A program made the position numbers and the translations under genes. Source: Desulfatiglandales bacterium (GTDB lineage: Bacteria; Desulfobacterota; DSM-4660; Desulfatiglandales; Desulfatiglandaceae). Taken from it: a stretch of DNA of 64,000 nucleotides. Below are positions 52,953 through 61,565 of this stretch, one piece after another. The notes beneath the pieces are model-generated. The model was not told the DNA's origin, did not search any database, and was given only the letters and a program-made list of their open reading frames with translations. The stretch's first letter is position 1; each line of letters starts with the position of its first letter. The stretch spans positions 1,504,001-1,568,000 of the forward strand of contig OY762721.1 of NCBI GenBank assembly GCA_963666345.1, read 5' to 3'.

Positions 52953-53885
52953 ATGAAAGGTTACATCGGTGTAACTGATAATGACTGGTTTTCGTTCCTT
53001 TCTAAGCAACCGGAAATTGATGAAGTCAATTTCTGGCAGCCTGGAGGTAAATCCCTTTTCAGATCCTTGAGCCTTGGTGAACCCTTTTTCTTTAAGCTCC
53101 ATTCTCCTTTAAATTTTATCGCCGGCGGCGGATTTTTCGCGCATAGCACCATCCTTCCGGTAAGTCTCGCCTGGCAGACATTTGAAATTAAAAACGGTGC
53201 AAAATCATATCTGCAGATACGACGGATGATAGAAAAATTCCGTCGCACCTCATCAAGATTTGAAGACTACAAGATCGGCTGCATCATACTGACGCAGCCT
53301 TTTTTCTTCCCCAAGGATCAATGGATTCCTATCCCACCTGATTTCAGTCTCAATATTGTCCAGGGAAAAACATACGATCTAACTCAGGGGCATGGAAGCC
53401 GCATCTGGAGCCAAGTAAAGGAAAGACTCTCCACCCTTCCCTTTTCGGGGTCAATTGAGAAGAACAAGGCGGAAGACATCACCCGCCGTTTCGGTACACC
53501 TACCCTGGTGGAACAAAGGCTTGGACAGGGAAGCTTCAGGGTCATTGTTACGGATGCCTATCAGAGAAAATGCGCTATTACTCATGAGAAAATCCTGCCT
53601 GCCCTTGAAGCGGCCCACATACAACCTTTCAGTGAAAATGGCCCTAATCGTGTTGATAACGGCCTTCTCCTTCGCTCTGATATCCACAGGCTTTTTGATG
53701 CGGGATATGTGACCGTAACAAAGGACTATCACTTTGAGGTAAGCAAAAGGGTGAAGGAAGAATTTGATAATGGTAAGCAATATCGGCAGTTCCACGGCAA
53801 CAGGATAAATCTTCCAAACAGATTCGAATCACAACCTGGACCTGATTTTTTATCCTGGCATAATGAAAATGTGTTTAGAGGATAG
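52953..53885 (+). CDS. HNH endonuclease (HNH_2 type)
   Basis: RLGQGSFR..V.DAY..KCAIT, LEAAHIQP, NGLLLRSDIH.LFD.G, WHN. Confidence 0.92.
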   Translation: MKGYIGVTDNDWFSFLSKQPEIDEVNFWQPGGKSLFRSLSLGEPFFFKLHSPLNFIAGGGFFAHSTILPVSLAWQTFEIKNGAKSYLQIRRMIEKFRRTSSRFEDYKIGCIILTQPFFFPKDQWIPIPPDFSLNIVQGKTYDLTQGHGSRIWSQVKERLSTLPFSGSIEKNKAEDITRRFGTPTLVEQRLGQGSFRVIVTDAYQRKCAITHEKILPALEAAHIQPFSENGPNRVDNGLLLRSDIHRLFDAGYVTVTKDYHFEVSKRVKEEFDNGKQYRQFHGNRINLPNRFESQPGPDFLSWHNENVFRG

Positions 53886-54022
53886 AATTTCAGTCATTCA
53901 CCCATTAATTGCTTACGGTGAGCGTCAAATTTATTAAGAGGAAATGATGGAAAATTATTTCACAACATTTTAGGAAAATGTGTCCTTAAGTGAACAACAG
54001 GACATAAAGGAGAAGGTAGACG

Positions 54023-55897
54023 ATGGAAGTTAATCCTGAAAAACAAAATATTCACACGCTTTTTTCTACTACCAATTATCACATAGATTTTTATCAGCGT
54101 GAATACAAGTGGAAGGGAGATACCGTTCTGCAGTTGATAGATGATATCTTCTATCATTTTGATCAAAGTTACATAGAACATTCAAATCTCGATCCTTCCG
54201 AAGATAATGTTATGAAGAACTATGCATGGTATTATCTCAATACTTATATAACCAATAAAGCAGGCAATCGGATGTTTGTTGTAGATGGTCAGCAACGCCT
54301 TACAACGCTGACATTGATGCTTATTGCCCTTTACCATCTTTGCGCACCAGACAGGTTCAATTCTTCAGATTTAAGAGAATGGATCAAATCAAAAATTCTT
54401 GGTGTTGGAACAGGAGGGAAAAAGAAATTCTGGATGGCTCACGACAAGCGCGAGCCACTTATGAAGGCGTTATTTGATGGCAGTGAAGCTTCCGAAGATT
54501 TGTTGAGTGATGGAATCACAGCTCGTCACATCATAGAAAACTATGATTTAATTGTAAAAGAGCTTTCAAAGAGGCTGTCATCACGGCATAAAGTTGAGAC
54601 CTTTATTTTCTATTTTCTATGTATGGTCGTTATAATCAATCTGGACGTTGAAAGGACAGATGTACCCATGGTTTTTGAAGTAATTAATGATCGTGGCGTT
54701 AGACTTCAACCTTATGAAATCCTGAAAGGTAAATTGCTGGGAGATATCGATAAGAGTGAGGTCGATCAATATGCAGACATCTGGGATAACGCTCTCCACA
54801 AGATAGAGGTACGTGGGGAGGGAGAGGTCGATACATTTTTTAGAACATATCTACGTGCCCATTTTTCTGAAACAAGAAAACAAGGCCAAGCATTTGATGG
54901 CCCTTATCACAGGGCAATTTATGATCCATTATGTAATGAAACTTTACAATTGAAAAAGGATTCCTCATGTGTGAAGGATTTCCTAAAAGGCGCCTTCACA
55001 TACTATGCCCGATTGTACTTAAAAATTTCCAAGTTCGGGGACGATGAAACCTCCCCATTTCCTGAATGTTACTATAATTCTCAGCTTAATCGTATGGATG
55101 GACATATTATGCTGATAATGGCTGCATGCAGTGTGAACGATCCAGATGAAGACAATAAAATAGCAATTGTCAGTCGTGCATTTGACCGGGCATATGTAAT
55201 GCTACAGCTTAATCGGGCATACGACAGTAACCAGTTCCAAGAATTTCTATACACACTGCACCCTTTTTTACACGATTGTAAAATCGATGATATAGATAAA
55301 ATCATTAAAGAAAAGGTGCTAAATGAAATTCAAAAAAGGAGAAATACTGAAGTAACCACCTTGCTTGATTATCCACAGTTTAAGAGGGTGGGATACGGTG
55401 ACTATAATACTCGGTTCCTTCGATATTTCTTAACCAGAATAGAAATTTTTATATCAGAAGGACTTGGTAAAAAATTGCAAGACTCACTTTACAATTTCGT
55501 CTCAGGAACCGGTAAAAGTAATGCTTATCATGTTGAGCATATCCTTGCACGCAATGATGAAAGCCGGAGATTATTTTTAGATGATAAAGGAGAATGTGAC
55601 GAATCCCTTTTTGAGACCGAGCGTAATCGCTTTGGTGCTTTGCTATTGCTAAAAGGGCAGGATAATATGTCCTCGGGAAATGAAAGCTACTCAGATAAAA
55701 TTCGGACATATACCGGTAGTGCCCCTTATCTCGCTCAAACATTAGTTCCAGATTTTTATAAATCCCACTCAGGTGTGAAAAATTTTATTCAAAACTCGGG
55801 CCTAGAGTTCACTCCAACCGAGCGATTCACCCTAGAAACATTAGAAAAACGTTCTCAGTTGCTTTATGCCATCACCTGTAAAATATGGGATTTATAA
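54023..55897 (+). CDS. DUF262 + DUF1524 (GmrSD-like) nuclease
   Basis: YQREYKW, VVDGQQRLTT, FEVINDRG, VEHIL, G.LLLL...N...N. Confidence 0.88.
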   Translation: MEVNPEKQNIHTLFSTTNYHIDFYQREYKWKGDTVLQLIDDIFYHFDQSYIEHSNLDPSEDNVMKNYAWYYLNTYITNKAGNRMFVVDGQQRLTTLTLMLIALYHLCAPDRFNSSDLREWIKSKILGVGTGGKKKFWMAHDKREPLMKALFDGSEASEDLLSDGITARHIIENYDLIVKELSKRLSSRHKVETFIFYFLCMVVIINLDVERTDVPMVFEVINDRGVRLQPYEILKGKLLGDIDKSEVDQYADIWDNALHKIEVRGEGEVDTFFRTYLRAHFSETRKQGQAFDGPYHRAIYDPLCNETLQLKKDSSCVKDFLKGAFTYYARLYLKISKFGDDETSPFPECYYNSQLNRMDGHIMLIMAACSVNDPDEDNKIAIVSRAFDRAYVMLQLNRAYDSNQFQEFLYTLHPFLHDCKIDDIDKIIKEKVLNEIQKRRNTEVTTLLDYPQFKRVGYGDYNTRFLRYFLTRIEIFISEGLGKKLQDSLYNFVSGTGKSNAYHVEHILARNDESRRLFLDDKGECDESLFETERNRFGALLLLKGQDNMSSGNESYSDKIRTYTGSAPYLAQTLVPDFYKSHSGVKNFIQNSGLEFTPTERFTLETLEKRSQLLYAITCKIWDL

Positions 55898-56059
55898 AGA
55901 AGGTAATTTATCTAGCCAGTAAAAATGGGACTGAGAGGGGTCATATCTCTTTTTGGCTCCTGCGGTCCCTCAGGTTTTTGGGACGTAGGGACATTCGTCT
56001 ATAAGAAAGTAATTCAACATACAATGAAGGGAAAAGGGTCACACAACACTCTTGACAGC

Positions 56060-56245
56060 ATGACAGACATTGACCAAAGAGTTCGAATTGCGGCTTTTAA
56101 GTGGCTGGATGAGCAGGTCGGCATCCATGGTGACGTATTGCCTCGTTCGCTCCTTGCCCAGGGCTTTATATTCAATGGACAGCGGGTCCCCTTGGTTGCG
56201 CCTACAGGAATATTCAAACCCAGGGTTCTTCCACAAATGGATTAG
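56060..56245 (+). pseudogene. N-terminal stub of a probable HNH-type endonuclease, truncated at repeat R6
   Basis: MTDIDQRVRIAAFKWL...GDVLPR..L..GF.F.GQRVPL....GIFKP recalled as an HNH N-terminus; stop TAG overlaps R6. Confidence 0.6.
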
Positions 56246-56274
56246 GGGGACGCCCATGAAATTATCAGTTTCTC
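56244..56274 (-). repeat. Cassette-boundary repeat R6 (subtype A)
   Basis: AGGGGGACGCCCATGAAATTATCAGTTTCTC, exact reverse complement of R2. Confidence 0.95.
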
Positions 56275-56378
56275 ATTCCATATTTATTTAAACAGTCTCG
56301 GATAAAGGTAGGGAGCAGGGATTATATCTCTATTTGGCTCTTGCAGAACTACGGATTGCGGGGAACGGCTTTTAAATA

Positions 56379-56672
56379 TCACTTTTCAGGGGCAGCCGAC
56401 TCTCTTTCCTTTTCTATTTTTTCGTGCAGCCAGAGAGCCATAAGCTGTGTGTGGGGGATTCCCTTTTTACGGGCAAGACGTTTTATAATTGAGATATCAA
56501 ACGGATCCATGCGAATGGAAACCGGCTGACGGGGAGGCCGTTTGGCCTTGAAAAGTTCAGCCCCGCTGAGCTGTTTTTCGACATCCTCGACACTTTCTCC
56601 GGCAACAGCCCTATCCCACTGTTCCGCCTCTTCACGGATCTTGTTTCTTATTTCTTTTGGAAGTCTGCTCAT
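56379..56672 (-). CDS. CopG/BrnA-like RHH antitoxin
   Basis: EEAEQWD, PVSIRM...I..IKRLARKKGIP.TQL..LWL.EKI. Confidence 0.8.
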   Translation of the reverse strand: MSRLPKEIRNKIREEAEQWDRAVAGESVEDVEKQLSGAELFKAKRPPRQPVSIRMDPFDISIIKRLARKKGIPHTQLMALWLHEKIEKERESAAPEK

Positions 56673-56989
56673 TTTCCAATCCTTTTAAAATAAACTCTTT
56701 TAGTGGAATCCGACATGTGAAAGGCCGTTACACATCGCCACAAACCATACTGGGGATACGGGGCCACAATCACTTCAATGCATAACCCGGAGGAATCCGT
56801 GCCCCATAAGCGGTATCTAAATTCGATGGATTTCCCGGATTTTTTTCTGTTTTTGACAGCAAAGGTAGGAAACGGCCCTTCGCTGTAATAGACCTCTTCC
56901 ACCTGTTCGGGATGTATCCCATGAACAGCAATGTGATTTATGTTATCCTCATCCCGGTCAGGCACAAGAGATGGATCCGGTCTGATCAT
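56669..56989 (-). CDS. BrnT-like toxin
   Basis: DEDNINHIA.HGI.PE.VEEV, RYRL.G.D.SG, RCVTAF.M; ATGA overlap with antitoxin. Confidence 0.7.
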   Translation of the reverse strand: MIRPDPSLVPDRDEDNINHIAVHGIHPEQVEEVYYSEGPFPTFAVKNRKKSGKSIEFRYRLWGTDSSGLCIEVIVAPYPQYGLWRCVTAFHMSDSTKRVYFKRIGK

Positions 56990-56996
56990 GCAAAAA

Positions 56997-57025
56997 ATAA
57001 TAACGTAATTTTTTGATTACGTCAA
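56997..57025 (-). promoter_or_regulatory. sigma70 promoter with operator for BrnT-like pair
   Basis: Minus strand TTGACG-17 bp-TATTAT containing inverted repeat ACGTAAT-N6-ATTACGT. Confidence 0.7.
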
Positions 57026-57057
57026 GCCTCCCTCTATGTAATATATACCCATCTATC

Positions 57058-57087
57058 AGGGGGACGCCCATGAAATTATCAGTTTCT
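57058..57087 (-). repeat. Cassette-boundary repeat R7 (subtype A)
   Basis: AGGGGGACGCCCATGAAATTATCAGTTTCT. Confidence 0.95.
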
Positions 57088-57170
57088 TTGAATCGCCATA
57101 CCTGAAAATCTCTGCTTGAGGCCGGATGTTTCTTGACTCAATACCATTCAATTTTATTCTATATACCCCT

Positions 57171-57842
57171 TTAAAGTCCCAAAAGTTTTTTTGACAAACT
57201 GTGCAATTCTGAATTTGCAAGCGCAACCACCTTCTTTTTTACTCTCCGGGAGTAATATTCCTGTTCTGTCTTTGTGAGGGGAAGGCCTTCAAGTTTCTTT
57301 TTAAACAGCTCCTTTTGTTTTGGAGAAAATATTTGCGAAAGGGCATACTCCAGGGATAATTCTTCATATTTTGCTGTCCTCTGTTTGTCCTTTTCTGCCT
57401 TCTTTTCAAAATAGAGTTCGAATAACCCTTTCACACGCTCTGCATTAAGCTTGATGTCGCTGAATTCCAGAGTCTGGTTATGTGCTAAACGATTCCTCAA
57501 TTTCCTGACCAGTGTCTTATCTTCATCTGTAAACTTGTTTTTCAGGCTGTTCCACCAGGGAAAGGAAAGGTGGTAAAAGGAATATAGCGATCCGGAAAAC
57601 AGTATCAAATGATGAAATCGAAGCTTCTGTTCTTTTGTAGTTAACTGCTCTTCTACCTGTCCCGGATCAAACTGATAGCTTTCAGCAGCATTTGCCAGCA
57701 ATACAGGAAAACCTTCCCATAATCTGGTATCACACTCCCTGACTACTCTTGCCAGGGTTTCCCTGGCATCAAAGTCTTCTTCCGGCTCCAGCATGGGAAA
57801 ACCCAGTTTTGATAAGCTGGTCAAAAACTTACTGTCATTCAT
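57171..57842 (-). CDS. Hypothetical partner of nucleotidyltransferase, possible C-terminal HTH
   Basis: Overlaps upstream gene; LSQIFSPKQKEL..KKL....LTKTEQEYYSR. Confidence 0.75.
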   Translation of the reverse strand: MNDSKFLTSLSKLGFPMLEPEEDFDARETLARVVRECDTRLWEGFPVLLANAAESYQFDPGQVEEQLTTKEQKLRFHHLILFSGSLYSFYHLSFPWWNSLKNKFTDEDKTLVRKLRNRLAHNQTLEFSDIKLNAERVKGLFELYFEKKAEKDKQRTAKYEELSLEYALSQIFSPKQKELFKKKLEGLPLTKTEQEYYSRRVKKKVVALANSELHSLSKKLLGL

Positions 57843-58422
57843 AAAGCCCCTCTCTTCGTAACAATTCGAGGAAGTGGTCAATGTTCGGCCTCAATCGATC
57901 TTCTCCCACATCGTAACCAACCAATTCATGAAAATGCGCGATAAGCTTTTCTATATCGATCTCCTTTTGCCGGTACTCCACTAACCTCAGACAGTCTTCG
58001 AAATCAACATTGGTTCCCCTCATCAATTTGCTGGAAATCAGGTCATAATCATTGAGGATGCCGATATAAAGATAAGAAAATTCCTTAAGTATAGAATGCC
58101 TGCCCATCTCAAGAGGGTTAACAAGCAGTTCTGTCGTGTGAATCCGATTACCCTGGAAAAGATCGAAGCGAAAATTCTCTCCGGCTCGTTGCCACCCTGA
58201 ACCTGTTATCTGCTTGTACCCCAGGTCCTTTAATTGTTTCGTCAGGTAAGCATATTCTCTAGCCATGGGAACCATAAAATCCACATCTTTGGTCGAGGGT
58301 TTGATCCCAATCAGAGTCATTGCCGTTCCACCGCAGGCAATGAGTTGTACTTTTCGCCTGAGGAAGCGATTCCAATCTTCCATGATATCAAGAAGCCGAT
58401 CTTTACCTAACCTATATTTCAC
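57835..58422 (-). CDS. DUF6036-like nucleotidyltransferase
   Basis: IACGGTAM....KPSTKDVDF, DL..SKL.R....DFED. Confidence 0.8.
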   Translation of the reverse strand: MKYRLGKDRLLDIMEDWNRFLRRKVQLIACGGTAMTLIGIKPSTKDVDFMVPMAREYAYLTKQLKDLGYKQITGSGWQRAGENFRFDLFQGNRIHTTELLVNPLEMGRHSILKEFSYLYIGILNDYDLISSKLMRGTNVDFEDCLRLVEYRQKEIDIEKLIAHFHELVGYDVGEDRLRPNIDHFLELLRREGLYE

Positions 58423-58721
58423 TTGTATTAAAACCTACAAATTGTTGTCATTATATAATCATTTTATTGTACTATATGATACAAATTAAACTAATTTTTG
58501 TCAACAAATACACTCAGATATTTTTAGCAGCAATATTTCATGAAATTATTCCGGATTCCTTGATGGCGAAAACCTGTAATTTTAGATTTTTAACTAATTT
58601 GTAATATTATAATCAGTTTATTGTATATTTTAATTCAATTATTTGTACGATATAATACAATTTAATATAAGAACAAGCCGTGTAACCAAAGAAGAGGGTC
58701 ACATCTTGATTTGCCAGGATT

Positions 58722-58752
58722 AGAGGGACGCCCATGAAATTATCAGTTTCTC
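58722..58752 (-). repeat. Cassette-boundary repeat R8 (subtype A)
   Basis: AGAGGGACGCCCATGAAATTATCAGTTTCTC. Confidence 0.95.
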
Positions 58753-59021
58753 ACGGGGTTTTCGCTGATTGGAAATGACTTTCGAGAAATCACATGGGCG
58801 GAACAATACAGCCAAAGGGAACTAAAGGAAGTCTCAAATGGATTCAGCATGTGGTTAATGACTTTCCATACGTGTTGAGCAGGCCCTTAATTGATGCAAT
58901 TGTATGATATGAGGGACGTTATCGGCTATCGTGACAAACTCCCGATGAAAAAATGATAAAATTGTTATCACGGTTCACTCTGAGGTGTATAATAGAGTTT
59001 TTATAAAGGGAGGATAATAAA

Positions 59022-59312
59022 ATGGCACAAGATCCGGGAATAGGTAAAAAAGTTGTGGCCACAATTACAGGTGTAAATGGTGAATGCAGTGCCGGGCATA
59101 AGGCAGGCGATACCTTTACGATCAGCTGCCATAATCCCGCCGGGCTGTGTGGTTTCTTTTATCACGATATTTTCCCCAGCCTTTCCACGTTCCAGTTCGG
59201 GGGCTCTCTGCCGTGGTGGAAAGGCGATACGATTGAGCTCCAATGTCCCGATAATAACATTGTCACGTTAAAATTGGAGAGATTCGAGAGGAAGTGGTGT
59301 AACAAAGTTTAG
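59022..59312 (+). CDS. TIGR04076-like small Cys-rich protein
   Basis: C.AGHK.GD.F, GLC..FYH.IFP, CPD; GGGAGG RBS. Confidence 0.75.
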   Translation: MAQDPGIGKKVVATITGVNGECSAGHKAGDTFTISCHNPAGLCGFFYHDIFPSLSTFQFGGSLPWWKGDTIELQCPDNNIVTLKLERFERKWCNKV

Positions 59313-59493
59313 GCCCGCTTATTTTGAGGATAAGGACGCTGAAAACTGAAAGAGGAGGTGCTTATTGAGAGATGCCTGAACCGTAGAGGGGGACGTAGGG
59401 TCCGAAACAACCTATGAAAATTCATTACGAATTGCCCTCTTTCCTCTCCGTCTCAGACATGACGGGCCAAAGGCGTTTACAGAAAAATCAGCT

Positions 59494-60135
59494 ATGGGAA
59501 AAGAATATGACATCGTAGCAAAGTTTTATGACCCTTTGCTTTATTTTTTCATGAAGCCCGTAAGAAAGGCGTTACTGAATGAACTCCTGACGCACAAGGA
59601 TAAAGCCATTCTGGATATCTGCTGCGGCACAGGCAATCAAGTAAAGCTTCTGGCAGAACACGGGTTCACTAATCTTCATTGTCTGGATTCATCCGCTTCT
59701 ATGCTGGAAATAGCAAAAAAGTCCGATTATCCTATCCACATCTATAATCAAGACGCTACAAAAACAAATTTTGATAATGAATCTTTTGATGTCGCGATTA
59801 TCAGTTTCGCGCTCCATGAAAAAGACAGAACCACCCAGGAAAACTTCATCAAAGAAACCCATAGACTGTTAAAGAATGACGGCATTTTACTGGTTGTTGA
59901 TTTTGCCTTTGATGAGTTAACTGCTATATTCAGTAAAATCGGAATAATTCTCGTGGAAAGACTGGCAGGCGGGGAGCACTATTCGTATTTCAAGAGCTAC
60001 ATCCAAAATAATGGCCTGTCAAGCTTGATTAAAGAAGATAAATTTATACTCATAAAAAATTTTCGAAAGCTTTTCGCTGGAGTCATCGTATCATTATATC
60101 GGAAAGTTCAGGACATAGATGCATTCTGTTTGTAA
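59494..60135 (+). CDS. Class I SAM-dependent methyltransferase (UbiE-like)
   Basis: ILDICCGTG, LDSS..ML, SFD...ISFALHE. Confidence 0.88.
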   Translation: MGKEYDIVAKFYDPLLYFFMKPVRKALLNELLTHKDKAILDICCGTGNQVKLLAEHGFTNLHCLDSSASMLEIAKKSDYPIHIYNQDATKTNFDNESFDVAIISFALHEKDRTTQENFIKETHRLLKNDGILLVVDFAFDELTAIFSKIGIILVERLAGGEHYSYFKSYIQNNGLSSLIKEDKFILIKNFRKLFAGVIVSLYRKVQDIDAFCL

Positions 60136-60205
60136 ATGGGGGCATCCGTAAATAAGTAAACAACTCAAAATAGCGCGCATCCATAACCATTTACTTGGGC
60201 TTAGG

Positions 60206-60363
60206 TAGTTTCCATCCAGAAATGAATCATTTCTGAATGTTGCCTTCAGCCGTCAGCTATCAGCAGGTAGCCAACAAATTTATATCTCAACTGTTTTACT
60301 GAGCGCTGAGAGCTGATTGCTGATAGCGTGAGTCCGTAAATCTTGATTTATGGATGAGCACTA
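60206..60363. mobile_element. MITE-like element with internal GCTGA(T/G)A heptamer repeats
   Basis: Terminal IRs TAGTTTCCATCCAGAAAT / ATTTATGGATGAGCACTA (14/18); related partial copies at 44653-44780 and 24341-24380. Confidence 0.6.
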
Positions 60364-60422
60364 GGTAGTAGGACCCTCCAGAGGCAGGGAAATAGTTTAT
60401 CAATAATTGAAAGGAGGAAAAA

Positions 60423-60749
60423 ATGGAGAAAAAATGGACCTACAAAAATTATGAGATTGAAGAAGGATTAAGACCCGGGAGTTCAAAGTTTCAATATTTT
60501 TTCGTTGTTTCCGAAAAGGGTGTGAAAAAGAGTAATTACTGTGTCTGGTTAAAGGATGATGCTTTATCCCGTTTTGATCAATCTGAAAATTTTGATACGA
60601 TTATCTCGTCTCAAAGAGAAAACTGGGTCAAATGGATTAAGGAAAAAATTGATGCGCAGGATTTTCAAAATCGCGCTTTAAAATTTGATAAGACAGGTGA
60701 AATGGAGATAAACCTGTCTGAAATGAAGGAACATATCACCATGGATTAA
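60423..60749 (+). CDS. Hypothetical protein
   Basis: Strong AGGAGG RBS, 108-aa ORF. Confidence 0.75.
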   Translation: MEKKWTYKNYEIEEGLRPGSSKFQYFFVVSEKGVKKSNYCVWLKDDALSRFDQSENFDTIISSQRENWVKWIKEKIDAQDFQNRALKFDKTGEMEINLSEMKEHITMD

Positions 60750-60853
60750 AAACCGCGGATTCGGAAAGGGGTCAGATCTACGCTTGACTGTTGCCGGCTT
60801 TTAAAAAGGTGACGCCCTCAAATAACTCAAGATAGAATGAAAGACCGCAGATT

Positions 60854-60884
60854 AGGGGGACGCCCATGATTTTATGCTTTTCTC
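60854..60884 (-). repeat. Cassette-boundary repeat R9 (subtype B)
   Basis: AGGGGGACGCCCATGATTTTATGCTTTTCTC, exact reverse complement of R3. Confidence 0.95.
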
Positions 60885-60933
60885 TTATAGGAAAGAAGCA
60901 GCCATATAAGATTCAGCCAACCATGTCTCATAC

Positions 60934-61545
60934 CTATGGATGGGGTATTATCATTTCTTTTGTGTCTTCGACAAGTTGTATCAGGCAGCCTACTGCCTCT
61001 TTAATCGCCTCTTTCGGGTCAACTCCCAATGATTCTGCATTGAGCGTGTTATTTAAATAGTATTTGACCAGATAATTCTTGTCGTCTTCATCAGGAAAGA
61101 CATGATACCTTTCAAGTAACTCCGACTTCCTTTTCTCAGTAACGGCACGCAGTCTGTCTTCCCATTTCTGTATCTTCTGTTTCATGTTCTTGGGCGTTTT
61201 ATCAGGCAGGTTGTAATAGAGGTAGGCCCAAAGACCGTCTTCCCTATTTTCCGCCGTAAGGGAGTCCCAGTTGAAATATTCAATCCCGTAAAAAAGACCC
61301 ATCTCATGCTTTCCGTCATAATATTGCTTAGGGGTCAAGGTAACTTCATCTTCATTTTCTTCATATTCCCATTCTATCTCACCATGAAAAGGCATCTCAT
61401 TTATTCTTCGCCCCAGTTCCCTGAAAACTTCACTTCTCAGCCAGTCAGGAACCCGCTTTTCCGCTTGAGAACAACTTTCCTTCAAGGCTTCCACGGCCTT
61501 GAGGTTTTTTACAATAAAGTCACATTCCTGGTTGACAATAATCAT
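60934..61545 (-). CDS. Hypothetical acidic protein
   Basis: AAGGAG RBS; co-oriented downstream of PD-(D/E)XK gene. Confidence 0.75.
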   Translation of the reverse strand: MIIVNQECDFIVKNLKAVEALKESCSQAEKRVPDWLRSEVFRELGRRINEMPFHGEIEWEYEENEDEVTLTPKQYYDGKHEMGLFYGIEYFNWDSLTAENREDGLWAYLYYNLPDKTPKNMKQKIQKWEDRLRAVTEKRKSELLERYHVFPDEDDKNYLVKYYLNNTLNAESLGVDPKEAIKEAVGCLIQLVEDTKEMIIPHP

Positions 61546-61565
61546 ATCTATTCTCCTTACCTGTT

